From positions 160,001-224,000 of the forward strand of contig CAVXYC010000010.1 in the NCBI GenBank assembly GCA_963765765.1: a stretch of DNA of 64,000 nucleotides, given 5' to 3'. The position numbers and the translations under genes were made by a program. Origin of the DNA: an uncultured Chloroflexia bacterium (GTDB lineage Bacteria > Chloroflexota > UBA6077 > JACCZL01). Shown here piece by piece: positions 19,831 through 29,332 of this stretch (position 1 is its first letter; each line of letters starts with the position of its first letter). The notes under the pieces were generated by a model, which saw only the letters and a program-made list of their open reading frames with translations, ran no database searches and was not told the origin of the DNA.

Positions 19831-20016
19831 TCTTGGATCCAGTGGCCCGTAAAGCGGGACTCGGTCGTCGGTTTTCAAAGCCGCGAGCTTCAGATGTGAG
19901 GTGCGAGCCTAACGGCTCAAAGCCGCGAATCCGTCTCGTCGACACGGTAATATGCCTTAATTAGCAGATGATGTGGTCTCTCCCTTCTTAAGAGGGACCA
20001 TCCTGAGGTGTTCACA

Positions 20017-20532
20017 ATGCCAGGCAGTCACTGGATGATTGCACTCAGTCCTGAGAATTTTGAAGCCACACGTGCGCACGGCTTTACCGTACAGGGCGTA
20101 AAGAACCGCCATCGCAAGAAGGCAGAGCGCATGGCGCCGGGGGACCGAATCCTCTTCTTCGTGAACCAGGTTCAGGTCTTCCCCGCAACGGCCACAGTCA
20201 CGTCCGCGTATTTCGAAGATCAATCACCGATCTGGCAAAGTGCGGAGCGTCGCGCGGACAATTTCCCCTGGCGCGTTCGGATCAAGCCAGATTGCGTCCT
20301 CGAGCCGCATGAGTACATCGATGCTCGCCTTCTCGCCCCGCGATTGCTCTACGTAAAGCGCTGGGCGCCCGAGGACTGGGCGCTGGCGTTTCAGGGAAAC
20401 GTCCACCTTCTCTCGGCAGCGGACTTCTCTCTGGTGGATAACGAGATACAGCGGATCGTGCGAGCACGCGCGCAACGCAGAGAACGTGTCCCGGAGAGAA
20501 TTAGAGCGCGTGAAGGCCAGTCAGTCCAGTAG
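20017..20532 (+). CDS. EVE domain protein
   Basis: HWMIALSPENF..GVKNRHRKKAERMAPGDRILFF..FPWRVRIKP..LSAADF. Confidence 0.8.
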   Translation: MPGSHWMIALSPENFEATRAHGFTVQGVKNRHRKKAERMAPGDRILFFVNQVQVFPATATVTSAYFEDQSPIWQSAERRADNFPWRVRIKPDCVLEPHEYIDARLLAPRLLYVKRWAPEDWALAFQGNVHLLSAADFSLVDNEIQRIVRARAQRRERVPERIRAREGQSVQ

Positions 20533-20572
20533 CGATGCATTTTATCCGGCACGAAGCGCCGATGCGGGATCC

Positions 20573-21229
20573 TCAGCGCGCGTAGGCTGGCGTCGTGACC
20601 CCGCCCCACATATCGGGGGGCCAGTAGGTCACCCACGCTCGACCGATGACGTCCTCGATCGGTACGAACCAACCGAGATGCGAGTCGGTGCTGTTCGGCC
20701 TATTGTCACCGAGGACAAAATAATGTCGGGCTGGAACCGTGCGAGTCTCGAAGTCATAGCTCGCGTGAAACTTGATGTATGGCTCTTCAATCTTCTGACC
20801 ATTGATCAGAACGTTCCCGGCTGAAACGCGAACCTTCTCGCCGGGGAGCCCCATCACGCGTTTGATGAAGTCCTTGTCTGTGGAGCCAGGCGCTTTGAAG
20901 ACGATGATGTCTCCGCGCTGAGGACCGCCAAAGACGTACTTAGGTGTGCTTGAGGGGTTGGACTCAGCGCCTAGAAGCGGACTGACTGGAGTGCCGTCAA
21001 GACGCGAGTACGCCACTTTGTTGATGACGATGTACTGATCTCGATGGAGCGTCGGCTCCATACTCGCACCTTCGACGCGGAAGTTTTGAACGATGGCCCG
21101 CACGGCCACAAAAATCAAGATGGTTAGAATGACCGTCTGGAGAACTTCCCAGATAAGTGACTTCACCGATTCGCCACGTGAGGACGTGTTTAGTCTGGGA
21201 GTTTGGAGCTGGTCTTCCGTCACGCTCAT
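20573..21229 (-). CDS. lepB: Signal peptidase I
   Basis: VEGASMEPTL, FIKRVMGLPG, GDNRPNSTDS. Confidence 0.95.
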   Translation of the reverse strand: MSVTEDQLQTPRLNTSSRGESVKSLIWEVLQTVILTILIFVAVRAIVQNFRVEGASMEPTLHRDQYIVINKVAYSRLDGTPVSPLLGAESNPSSTPKYVFGGPQRGDIIVFKAPGSTDKDFIKRVMGLPGEKVRVSAGNVLINGQKIEEPYIKFHASYDFETRTVPARHYFVLGDNRPNSTDSHLGWFVPIEDVIGRAWVTYWPPDMWGGVTTPAYAR

Positions 21230-21384
21230 GCAGTCTCCGTCGGGCACATCAACTCAAGGATATTCAGCATTATATCCCCCGCAGCTCGTGGCGGTCGGAA
21301 AGGCGAATCACTAACCGATCACCGTCGGCGGGTCCTGACCCTGTGGTAATATTTCGCTGTCCACACAAGCCCGGAGGCGACAAT

Positions 21385-22086
21385 TTGCGATTCGCGGTGA
21401 TCGTGTTCCCTGGCACGAACTGTGATCGGGACACCCACCATGTGCTCACCTCGGTTCTAAAGCAAGAAGCAGACCTCGTCTGGCACCAGGAGACGGAGCT
21501 CTCGTCTTACGACTGTCTGGTCCTACCAGGTGGATTTGCTCACGGTGACCATCTGCGAGCAGGCGCAATCGCACGATTTTCTCCAGTTATGAGCGCTGTA
21601 GCGCGATTTGTCGCGGCTGGAGGCCCCGTCATCGGTATTTGCAATGGCTTCCAGATCCTGCTGGAAGCTGGACTTCTGCCGGGAGCAATGCTACCGAACG
21701 CGAGTCGACAGTTTCGGTGCGAATGGGTTTCTGTGCGCGTCGAAAGCAATCGGTCGAGGTTTCTCACGGCCGCTGCTCGAGGTGCGGTGATGCAACTACC
21801 CATCGCGCACGGAGAAGGACGTTATTTCGCGTCTGAGGCCACGCTCAGTGAGCTTCAGGAGCACGATCAGATTGCGCTGAGGTACTGCGACGCTGAAGGC
21901 CGCGTGACCGACTCTTCAAATCCCAACGGATCACTCCAGGGAATTGCTGGCGTGACTAACCGTGAAGGAAATGTGCTTGGGTTGATGCCGCATCCAGAAC
22001 GGGCAAGCGAACTCGAGCTTGGAAGCGTGGACGGTCGGATGATGTTTGAGTCGATCCTTCTTTCGGTTGCGCATGGCGCTCGCTGA
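21385..22086 (+). CDS. purQ: FGAM synthase subunit PurQ
   Basis: VFPGTNCD, GICNGFQIL, MPHPER. Confidence 0.96.
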   Translation: MRFAVIVFPGTNCDRDTHHVLTSVLKQEADLVWHQETELSSYDCLVLPGGFAHGDHLRAGAIARFSPVMSAVARFVAAGGPVIGICNGFQILLEAGLLPGAMLPNASRQFRCEWVSVRVESNRSRFLTAAARGAVMQLPIAHGEGRYFASEATLSELQEHDQIALRYCDAEGRVTDSSNPNGSLQGIAGVTNREGNVLGLMPHPERASELELGSVDGRMMFESILLSVAHGAR

Positions 22087-24274
22087 TACCGCCATCCCGA
22101 TCGATCTCGGGGGACTGTCCGAGACCGAATATCGCATGGCTGTCGACCTTCTGGGCCGCGCACCGAACTCGGTAGAGCTTGGCATGATCGCGGCGATGTG
22201 GAGCGAGCACTGTGGCTATACCAACTCGCGGCCGCTCTTGAAACGGCTTCCTACCACCGGACCATCCGTCCTACAGGGCCCCGGCGAAAATGCTGGGGCC
22301 GTTGATATTGGCGACGGGCTCGCTGTGGTGCTCAAAATGGAGTCCCACAATCATCCCAGCGCGGTCGAGCCATTTGAGGGCGCCGCAACTGGCGTGGGCG
22401 GCATTCTGCGCGACATCTTCACCATGGGCGCACGGCCAATCGCGCTGCTCGATTCGCTTCGGTTCGGGCCACCTGAAGGTCGATCCGCCTATCTGACGCG
22501 TGGCGTTGTCGCGGGGATCTCGGCGTACGGGAACTGTGTCGGCGTTCCAACCGTCGGCGGGGAGCTGTTCTTCCACCCATCCTTTGCCGAGAATCCGCTG
22601 GTCAATGTCATGTGCGTGGGATTGGTGGAGCATCACCGTCTCACCCGAGCGCACGCCGGCGAGACCGGCGATCTGGTGGTTGTGGTGGGCGCGCTGACCG
22701 GCCGCGACGGCATTCACGGCGCCACGTTTGCATCAGTTGAGATGGACGAGGGGTGGGAAGAACGCCGACCCGCCGTCCAGGTAGGAAACCCTTTTCTCGA
22801 AAAGCTTTTGCTGGAAGCATGCCTCGAGATTCTCGATCGCGACATCGTCTCGGGCATGCAAGACCTCGGCGCGGCAGGGCTGACAAGCTCATGCGCCGAG
22901 ATGGCCGCGCGCGGCGGCCGTGGGATCACTATTGACGTCGCCCAGGTTCCGCGCCGCGAACGAAACATGACTCCGTATGAAGTCATGCTGTCCGAATCTC
23001 AGGAGCGCATGATTCTGGTGATCCCGCCGTCGGCGATCGACGCCGTGCGCTCTCATTTCGAACGCTGGGAGCTCGCCGTATCCGTCATTGGACGAGTCAC
23101 GGACGACGGACAATTTCGCGTACTTGACAATGGCGACGAAGCTGCCTGCATTCCGGTAAAGCTGCTCTCAGATGATGCGCCTAGCTATACTCATCCGTTC
23201 GTGCCGCTACCAGAGCCAGAGCTCCCAGAGCTACCCGCGGATCTCGTAGATGCGAGTTCAGCGACTCTCGAGCTGATCGGATCCGCCAATCTTTGCAGTC
23301 GTGAACCGATCTATCGTCAATATGACCATACGGTTCAAGCCAACACCGTTATGGGGCCAGGCATGGGAGCCGCGGTCCTGCGTGTCAAGGGCGCCCGCTC
23401 CGGATTGGCCATTACGACTGACGGAAACCCCCGGTACTGTCAGGCAAGTCCACGTCGCGGGGCGCAGATCGCGGTAGTCGAGTCAGCGCGAAACCTCGCC
23501 TGCCGCGGTGCACGACCAATAGCGGTGACGGACTGCTTGAATTTCGGCAGCCCGGAGCGGCCAGAGCCATACTGGGCGCTTTCAGAAGCGATCCATGGCA
23601 TCTCCGAGGCCTGTCTCGCCCTGCATGTGCCGGTCGTAAGTGGAAACGTGAGTCTGTACAACGAGACGGGCGGCGGCTCCATTGCGCCCAGTCCGATCAT
23701 TGGAATGGTCGGACTCATCGAAGACCTGAAGCAGACCGCTCCATCTGGATTCCAGGATGATGGTGATGTGGTTGTTCTGTTAGGACCACTGACCTCTGGC
23801 TTGGAATGCTCAGAATATCTGGCGGCCCGAAGCGACGTCACTGGTCCCGCGCCTGCTCTCGACCTAGACCTAGAAGCGCGCAGTCAGAACGTATGTCGCC
23901 AACTGGTGGCCAGCGGCCTGGCCCGCTCGGCTCAGGATTGCAGCGATGGCGGGCTGGTCATCGCCCTGGCGGAATGTGCAATTGCTGGAGACAAGGGGTT
24001 CGTCGGGTCAACCGATGCGTTGGAGTCATTGCGGGCTGCCTGTGGCGGACGACTCGACGCCGCACTGTTTGGCGAAGCCCAGTCTCGATTTGTTATCTCG
24101 TGCCGCCAGGCCGACCTGGCGGAAGTCTCGAGATTGTGCGCTGCCGATGACGTTCAGTGCACCGTGCTCGGACAGACGGGTGGACAGATGTTGCAATGGG
24201 GGAACGCCCTCAAGCTTTCATTGGACGCTCTGCGGATTCAGTGGGCGGGGGGGCTCAAGGATGTCATTGCCTGA
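22073..24274 (+). CDS. purL: FGAM synthase subunit PurL
   Basis: MWSEHC, ESHNHPS, TGRDGIHGA, LSESQERM. Confidence 0.97.
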   Translation: MALADTAIPIDLGGLSETEYRMAVDLLGRAPNSVELGMIAAMWSEHCGYTNSRPLLKRLPTTGPSVLQGPGENAGAVDIGDGLAVVLKMESHNHPSAVEPFEGAATGVGGILRDIFTMGARPIALLDSLRFGPPEGRSAYLTRGVVAGISAYGNCVGVPTVGGELFFHPSFAENPLVNVMCVGLVEHHRLTRAHAGETGDLVVVVGALTGRDGIHGATFASVEMDEGWEERRPAVQVGNPFLEKLLLEACLEILDRDIVSGMQDLGAAGLTSSCAEMAARGGRGITIDVAQVPRRERNMTPYEVMLSESQERMILVIPPSAIDAVRSHFERWELAVSVIGRVTDDGQFRVLDNGDEAACIPVKLLSDDAPSYTHPFVPLPEPELPELPADLVDASSATLELIGSANLCSREPIYRQYDHTVQANTVMGPGMGAAVLRVKGARSGLAITTDGNPRYCQASPRRGAQIAVVESARNLACRGARPIAVTDCLNFGSPERPEPYWALSEAIHGISEACLALHVPVVSGNVSLYNETGGGSIAPSPIIGMVGLIEDLKQTAPSGFQDDGDVVVLLGPLTSGLECSEYLAARSDVTGPAPALDLDLEARSQNVCRQLVASGLARSAQDCSDGGLVIALAECAIAGDKGFVGSTDALESLRAACGGRLDAALFGEAQSRFVISCRQADLAEVSRLCAADDVQCTVLGQTGGQMLQWGNALKLSLDALRIQWAGGLKDVIA

Positions 24275-25673
24275 CAGTGGCGACCAGCTAAAGGAATTCT
24301 GCGGCGTGTTCGCCGCGTACTCACCGGGCGAGGAGGTGGCACGCATTGCCTTCTTCGCTCTCTACGCATTGCAGCATCGCGGCCAGGAGAGCGCCGGCAT
24401 AGCCACCGGCGACGGCACCCGCCTGCACGTCCACGCGCAGATGGGCTTGGTCAATCAGGTTTTCGACGAGGCGTCGCTCTCAAGGCTCGTCGGACCAGCC
24501 GTCATCGGCCATACGCGCTACTCGACCACAGGATCGAGCCGTGTTGACAACGCTCAGCCTTTCGTGGTCCACAGCGATCTAGGGCCGCTTGCGCTGGGGC
24601 ATAACGGCAATCTCACCAATGCGAACTATCTGCGCGAAGAGATTGAATCCAAAGGCATTCACCCTGTCTCTTCAACCGATTCGGAACTCATCGGATACAT
24701 CTGCGCTCAAGCTCCCGGTTCTACCTGGATCGATCGTATCCGCAGAGGTCTCCAGCGGCTGGAAGGCGCCTATTGTCTGGTGCTGGCCACGCCAACGCAG
24801 GTTTTCGCAGTGCGCGACCCGTACGGGATCCGCCCAATGTGTCTGGGGCGACTTGCCAACGGCTCGTGGGTGGCTGCATCGGAAAGCTGCGCTCTCGACA
24901 CCATCGGCGCGGAATTCGTCCGCGAGCTCGCGCCGGGTGAGATCGTTACGATCGATGCCGATGGACTGAAGACCGAGCTGTTGCCGCCAAAGCGTCGTGC
25001 CGCATGCTCGTTTGAGCACATCTACTTCGCTCGGCCGGACAGCATCATCGATGGCTGCCTGGTGTACTCAGTTCGCGAGCGCATGGGGCAGATTCTGGCG
25101 GAAGAGCATCCCGTGGAAGCTGACCTGGTAATGCCCGTTCCAGATGCAGCGACGCCCGCCGCCATAGGGTACGCGCGGAAATCAGGAATCCCATTTAGCG
25201 AGGGGCTGGTCAAGAATCGCTATATCGGACGCACGTTCATTCAGCCAGATCAATCAATGCGCGATAGCGGCGTCGCCCTAAAGCTGAATCCGCTTCCTGA
25301 AGTCCTCGGCGGCAAGCGGATCGTGGTGGTCGATGACAGCATCGTGCGCGGCACGACGACGCCAAGGGTGGTGGAGATCCTCCGTCGTGCTGGCGCCCGC
25401 GAGGTGCATATGCGCATCTCGTCCCCGCCGATGAAATACCCCTGCTACCTGGGTGTGGACACCGCGCCCATCGAACAGCTTATCGCGGCGTCTCGGTCCG
25501 TCGAAGAGATTCGAGACCACATCGGCGCTGACTCTCTTGGCTACTTGAGCATTACTGGTCTGGTCCGTGCAATCGGGCTTCCCGAGGACACGTTTTGCAA
25601 CGCGTGCTTCCATGGCGATTATCCGATTCCCGTTCAGCTCGGGCTGGATAAGCTGGTGCTGGAGCGGTCGTGA
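24261..25673 (+). CDS. purF: Amidophosphoribosyltransferase
   Basis: CGVF, LQHRGQESAG, VVDDSIVRGTT. Confidence 0.97.
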   Translation: MSLPDSGDQLKEFCGVFAAYSPGEEVARIAFFALYALQHRGQESAGIATGDGTRLHVHAQMGLVNQVFDEASLSRLVGPAVIGHTRYSTTGSSRVDNAQPFVVHSDLGPLALGHNGNLTNANYLREEIESKGIHPVSSTDSELIGYICAQAPGSTWIDRIRRGLQRLEGAYCLVLATPTQVFAVRDPYGIRPMCLGRLANGSWVAASESCALDTIGAEFVRELAPGEIVTIDADGLKTELLPPKRRAACSFEHIYFARPDSIIDGCLVYSVRERMGQILAEEHPVEADLVMPVPDAATPAAIGYARKSGIPFSEGLVKNRYIGRTFIQPDQSMRDSGVALKLNPLPEVLGGKRIVVVDDSIVRGTTTPRVVEILRRAGAREVHMRISSPPMKYPCYLGVDTAPIEQLIAASRSVEEIRDHIGADSLGYLSITGLVRAIGLPEDTFCNACFHGDYPIPVQLGLDKLVLERS

Positions 25674-26692
25674 GCGAGATGTACGCCCGAGCTGGCGTGG
25701 ACATCCTCGCCGGCGATCGGGCGGTCGAGCTAATCAAAGGGGCCGTTCGCTCTACGCATGGGCCACAGGTGCTTGGAAGCTTGGGTGCTTTTGCCGGACT
25801 CTACGCCCTTTCGGGCTATGAGTCTCCGGTGCTCGTGGCCAGCACCGACGGCGTTGGCACAAAGCTGAAAGTGGCCAGGGCGCTAGGTCGGTTCGACACC
25901 ATCGGGGCCGATCTGGTCAATCTCTCCATCAATGACGTGTTGACCACGGGAGCGCGACCTCTATTCTTTCTTGACTACATCGCGGTCGGGCAAACGGTTC
26001 CCGAGCAGATCGAAGCACTTGTCTCCGGGATGGCGGCGGCGTGCCGCGACGCGGGCTGTGCGCTGATAGGTGGAGAGACCGCGGAGATGGGCGACGTCTA
26101 TGAATCCGGTGACTTCGACCTAGCCGGGTTCCTGGTAGGCGCGGTGGAGCGCTCGCGCATCATCGATGGACAGGCGGTGCGGCCTGGGGATCACGTCTGG
26201 GGGCTGCCATCAAACGGGCTGCACACGAACGGCTATACGCTGGCACGCAAAGCGCTGGGGCACATCGACACAGACAGTCGACCCGCTCCGCTGCATTGCA
26301 CGTTGGGGGAAGAGCTTTTGGCGACGCATCCAAGTTATCTCCCGGACATGATTCCGTTGCTGGAGCAGGAGATTCCTCGCGCCATGGCGCATATTACCGG
26401 TGGAGGCATTCCGGGCAATCTGGCGCGGACTCTTCCTGAGGAACTCGGCGCGGTACTGGAATGGGGCTCCTGGAAGCCATCCACCATCTTCGCCGTCATG
26501 CAGGAGCATGGCGGAGTGCCCATCTCCGAGATGCTTTCGGTGTTCAACCTTGGACTGGGCTTCACGTTCGTGGCTTCGGCGGACCGTGAGGCCGACATCA
26601 TCGACCTCACACCAACCGCTATCCGCGTGGGGACCGTTCAAGTAGTCGAACGGGATGAACCGCGTGTGGTCATCCGAGGGTTGAATGCCTGA
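25670..26692 (+). CDS. purM: AIR synthetase
   Basis: YARAGVD, TDGVGTK, GGETAEM, HITGGG. Confidence 0.97.
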   Translation: MSEMYARAGVDILAGDRAVELIKGAVRSTHGPQVLGSLGAFAGLYALSGYESPVLVASTDGVGTKLKVARALGRFDTIGADLVNLSINDVLTTGARPLFFLDYIAVGQTVPEQIEALVSGMAAACRDAGCALIGGETAEMGDVYESGDFDLAGFLVGAVERSRIIDGQAVRPGDHVWGLPSNGLHTNGYTLARKALGHIDTDSRPAPLHCTLGEELLATHPSYLPDMIPLLEQEIPRAMAHITGGGIPGNLARTLPEELGAVLEWGSWKPSTIFAVMQEHGGVPISEMLSVFNLGLGFTFVASADREADIIDLTPTAIRVGTVQVVERDEPRVVIRGLNA

Positions 26693-27320
26693 TCTGGGAG
26701 TGGGAATTCTGCTTTCGGGTCGCGGCTCCACGATGGATGCGGTGGCCAGAGCTATTGGCCGTGGCGAGCTGAATGCGACCATCAAAATTGTCATTTCGAA
26801 CAATCCGATGGCCAATGGGATCGAGCTCGCCAGGGCGCACGGCTTGCCCGTACACGTGGTGGATCGCAAGGACGGTCGCACTCGAACCGAGCGACATCGA
26901 GAAATACTGGAGGTTCTTCACGAAGCTGGAACGGAGCTTGTGGTGTGCGCTGGATTCAACGAGGTTTTGACTGCGGACGTTACCTCGGCATTTCGGGATC
27001 GCATCATCAATACGCACCCATCACTCTTGCCGGCGTTCGGCGGCGGCATGCATGCGACACGGGACGCGCTCGAGTACGGCGCAAAGGTTACCGGGTGCAC
27101 GGTGCATTTTGTGACGGACGATCTGGACAATGGCCCGATTCTCGCGCAGCGGACGGTAGAGGTGTTGGAGAACGACACGGAGGAGAGCCTGGCAGCTCGT
27201 GTGCTGGTGGAAGAGCACAAGGCGCTGCCGGCCGCCATCCAGCTCATCGCCACAGGGCGAGTTGCGATTGACGGGCGCCGCGTCCGAATAGTGCCGGCAT
27301 CAGTTCCGGCGTCTCGCTGA
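26685..27320 (+). CDS. purN: GAR transformylase
   Basis: SGRGS, NTHPSLLP, GCTVHFV..DNGPI. Confidence 0.96.
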   Translation: MPDLGVGILLSGRGSTMDAVARAIGRGELNATIKIVISNNPMANGIELARAHGLPVHVVDRKDGRTRTERHREILEVLHEAGTELVVCAGFNEVLTADVTSAFRDRIINTHPSLLPAFGGGMHATRDALEYGAKVTGCTVHFVTDDLDNGPILAQRTVEVLENDTEESLAARVLVEEHKALPAAIQLIATGRVAIDGRRVRIVPASVPASR

Positions 27321-27426
27321 CATAAGTTCGGTATAATCGGCCCGCCGATGCTATTGACGCGAACGCGAGTGAAGCCGCCGCTAGCGGTAATAATGCGATC
27401 GGTCGGATTGCTAGATTGAGGGAACA

Positions 27427-28971
27427 ATGCGCGCGCTTCTGAGTGTATATGACAAGACCGGAATCGTCGAGCTGGCTCGCGGACTTGTGGACCTGGGTGT
27501 GGAGCTTTTCTCGACCGGTGGAACCGAGGGTCTCCTCAGCGACGCCGGAGTTCCGGTCAAGGGCATCCAGGAGATCACCGGGTTCCCCGAGGTGCTGGGC
27601 GGTCGGGTAAAGACGCTCCATCCACTGATTTATTCCGGGATCCTGGCGCGCCGTGACGACCCAGCCCACATGGAGCAGCTCAGTCAGCTTAATGCCGAGC
27701 CGTTTGATCTCATCGCCGTGAACCTTTACCCGTTCCTCGAGACTGTTCGAGAGCGGGGAGCTGAGCTCGAAGAAGCACTCGAGAATATCGATATTGGTGG
27801 CCCCACGCTGTTGCGTGCATCGGCGAAGAACTTCACCCATGTGCTACCCCTGTGTGATCCCCAGGACTACTCGACGGTGCTGGAGGCGCTTCAGGGCGAC
27901 GGCCCCAGTATGGACATCCGCCGGCGGCTGGCTGCCAAAGCGTTCCAGCACTGTGCGCTTTACGACACGCACATTGCAGGTTACCTGCGGCCAGCCGACG
28001 AGCTCTTTCCCGACAAGTACACCATTGCCCTTGCTAAGAAGTCGGAGCTCCGCTACGGTGAGAACCCGCATCAGCTCGGCGCCTTCTATGAAGACACGTC
28101 ACACTGGCCACGACCCGCGGGTGTGGTGAGCGCCGCACAACTTCACGGCAAGCAGCTCTCATACAACAACACCTACGATCTCGATGCAGCGTGGCGGATC
28201 GTGAGCGATTTCACGGCGCCCTGTGTGACGATTGTCAAGCACGGCAACCCGTGTGGTCTGAGCTGCGGTGATGATCTCGCGGATACGTATCGACGTGCAT
28301 TGGCAACCGATCCACTTTCTGCTTTCGGTGGAGCAATCGGCATCAACCGAATCGTCGATGAGAAGACCGCGCTCGAGATCCAGGAAGTCTTCTTCGAAGA
28401 CATCATCGCGCCAGGCTATACGGACGAGGCGCTAGAAATTCTCCGACGTAAGCGCGACTTACGTGTGCTGGCGGCGCCATCCACGGGTGGCGGCCCATCC
28501 AGTGCGGTATCTGAGTTCGATTACCTTCGGCTCACCGGCGGCTTCCTCGTACAGACCCGTGACGCGCTCCCTGAGCACACTCTTCAGCGCGACGTGGTGA
28601 CGCAGCGTCAACCCACTCTTGCCGAGCTTACGAGCCTGCTCTTCGCCTGGCGTGCTGCCAAGCATGTGCGTTCTAATGCCATCGTGCTCGCCAAGGGTCT
28701 CTCGCTTGTGGGCGTCGGCGCTGGGCAGATGAGCCGCGTCGATTCAGTGGATCTAGCGTGCCGCAAAGCGGGCGATCGAGTGGCAGGTTCTGTGATGGCA
28801 TCGGACGCGTTTTTCCCATTCCCAGACGGCGTTGAGAAAGCTGCTGAGGCTGGGGTAACGGCGGTCATTCAGCCTGGTGGTTCGATTCGCGACAAAGACG
28901 TCATAAAAGCCGCGGACCGCTATCACATGGCGATGATCCACACGCACCAGCGCCACTTCCTGCACCGATAG
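27427..28971 (+). CDS. purH: AICAR transformylase / IMP cyclohydrolase
   Basis: ALLSVYDKTG, GRVKTLHP, RYGENPHQ, SDAFFPF. Confidence 0.98.
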   Translation: MRALLSVYDKTGIVELARGLVDLGVELFSTGGTEGLLSDAGVPVKGIQEITGFPEVLGGRVKTLHPLIYSGILARRDDPAHMEQLSQLNAEPFDLIAVNLYPFLETVRERGAELEEALENIDIGGPTLLRASAKNFTHVLPLCDPQDYSTVLEALQGDGPSMDIRRRLAAKAFQHCALYDTHIAGYLRPADELFPDKYTIALAKKSELRYGENPHQLGAFYEDTSHWPRPAGVVSAAQLHGKQLSYNNTYDLDAAWRIVSDFTAPCVTIVKHGNPCGLSCGDDLADTYRRALATDPLSAFGGAIGINRIVDEKTALEIQEVFFEDIIAPGYTDEALEILRRKRDLRVLAAPSTGGGPSSAVSEFDYLRLTGGFLVQTRDALPEHTLQRDVVTQRQPTLAELTSLLFAWRAAKHVRSNAIVLAKGLSLVGVGAGQMSRVDSVDLACRKAGDRVAGSVMASDAFFPFPDGVEKAAEAGVTAVIQPGGSIRDKDVIKAADRYHMAMIHTHQRHFLHR

Positions 28972-29036
28972 TCTGAGTCTCTCGAACAGCTGACACCGAG
29001 CCATTGTGGCGACGGCTTTCCAGGCCGTTCGCGCTA

Positions 29037-29072
29037 GCACGTGGCACGTGGGTGATTGTCACGTGGCACTCG
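29037..29072. repeat. Heptamer repeat cluster (GCACGTG-like)
   Basis: gcacgtg-gcacgtg..tcacgtg-gcactcg. Confidence 0.5.
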
Positions 29073-29199
29073 GAGTGCCGGCTAGAAGCCCGCCGCTAAG
29101 GAACACGCGATTGACGGTCGGCCTCGTCTGATTCGCCGGCTCTACTCTTGTCCGCTGCCCCTGTCGGCGCAGTATAGTGTGAACAAGAATCGAGACTTA

Positions 29200-29320
29200 T
29201 CCAGCCCGGGACGGCTGCACAAGGTGTCCGGGCGGCCTTATAGCTGCACAGATACCCGCACGCAGGGAAGGTAATGACCTGCGGTGCGCGCACCGCCCGT
29301 GCCGGTGGGGCCCGGGAAGG
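29200..29320 (+). ncRNA. Candidate structured RNA upstream of rny (6S-like or rny leader)
   Basis: Nested pairings cccggg/cccggg, gcac/gtgc, gggcgg/ccgccc, cgcagg/cctgcg. TATAGT at 29173. Confidence 0.35.
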
Positions 29321-29332
29321 GAGGACTGTGCA

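Noticed and set aside
27321-27426. ZTP (pfl) riboswitch expected before purH
   Set aside because: The conserved GACUGGCG / CGCCUGGG elements are absent.
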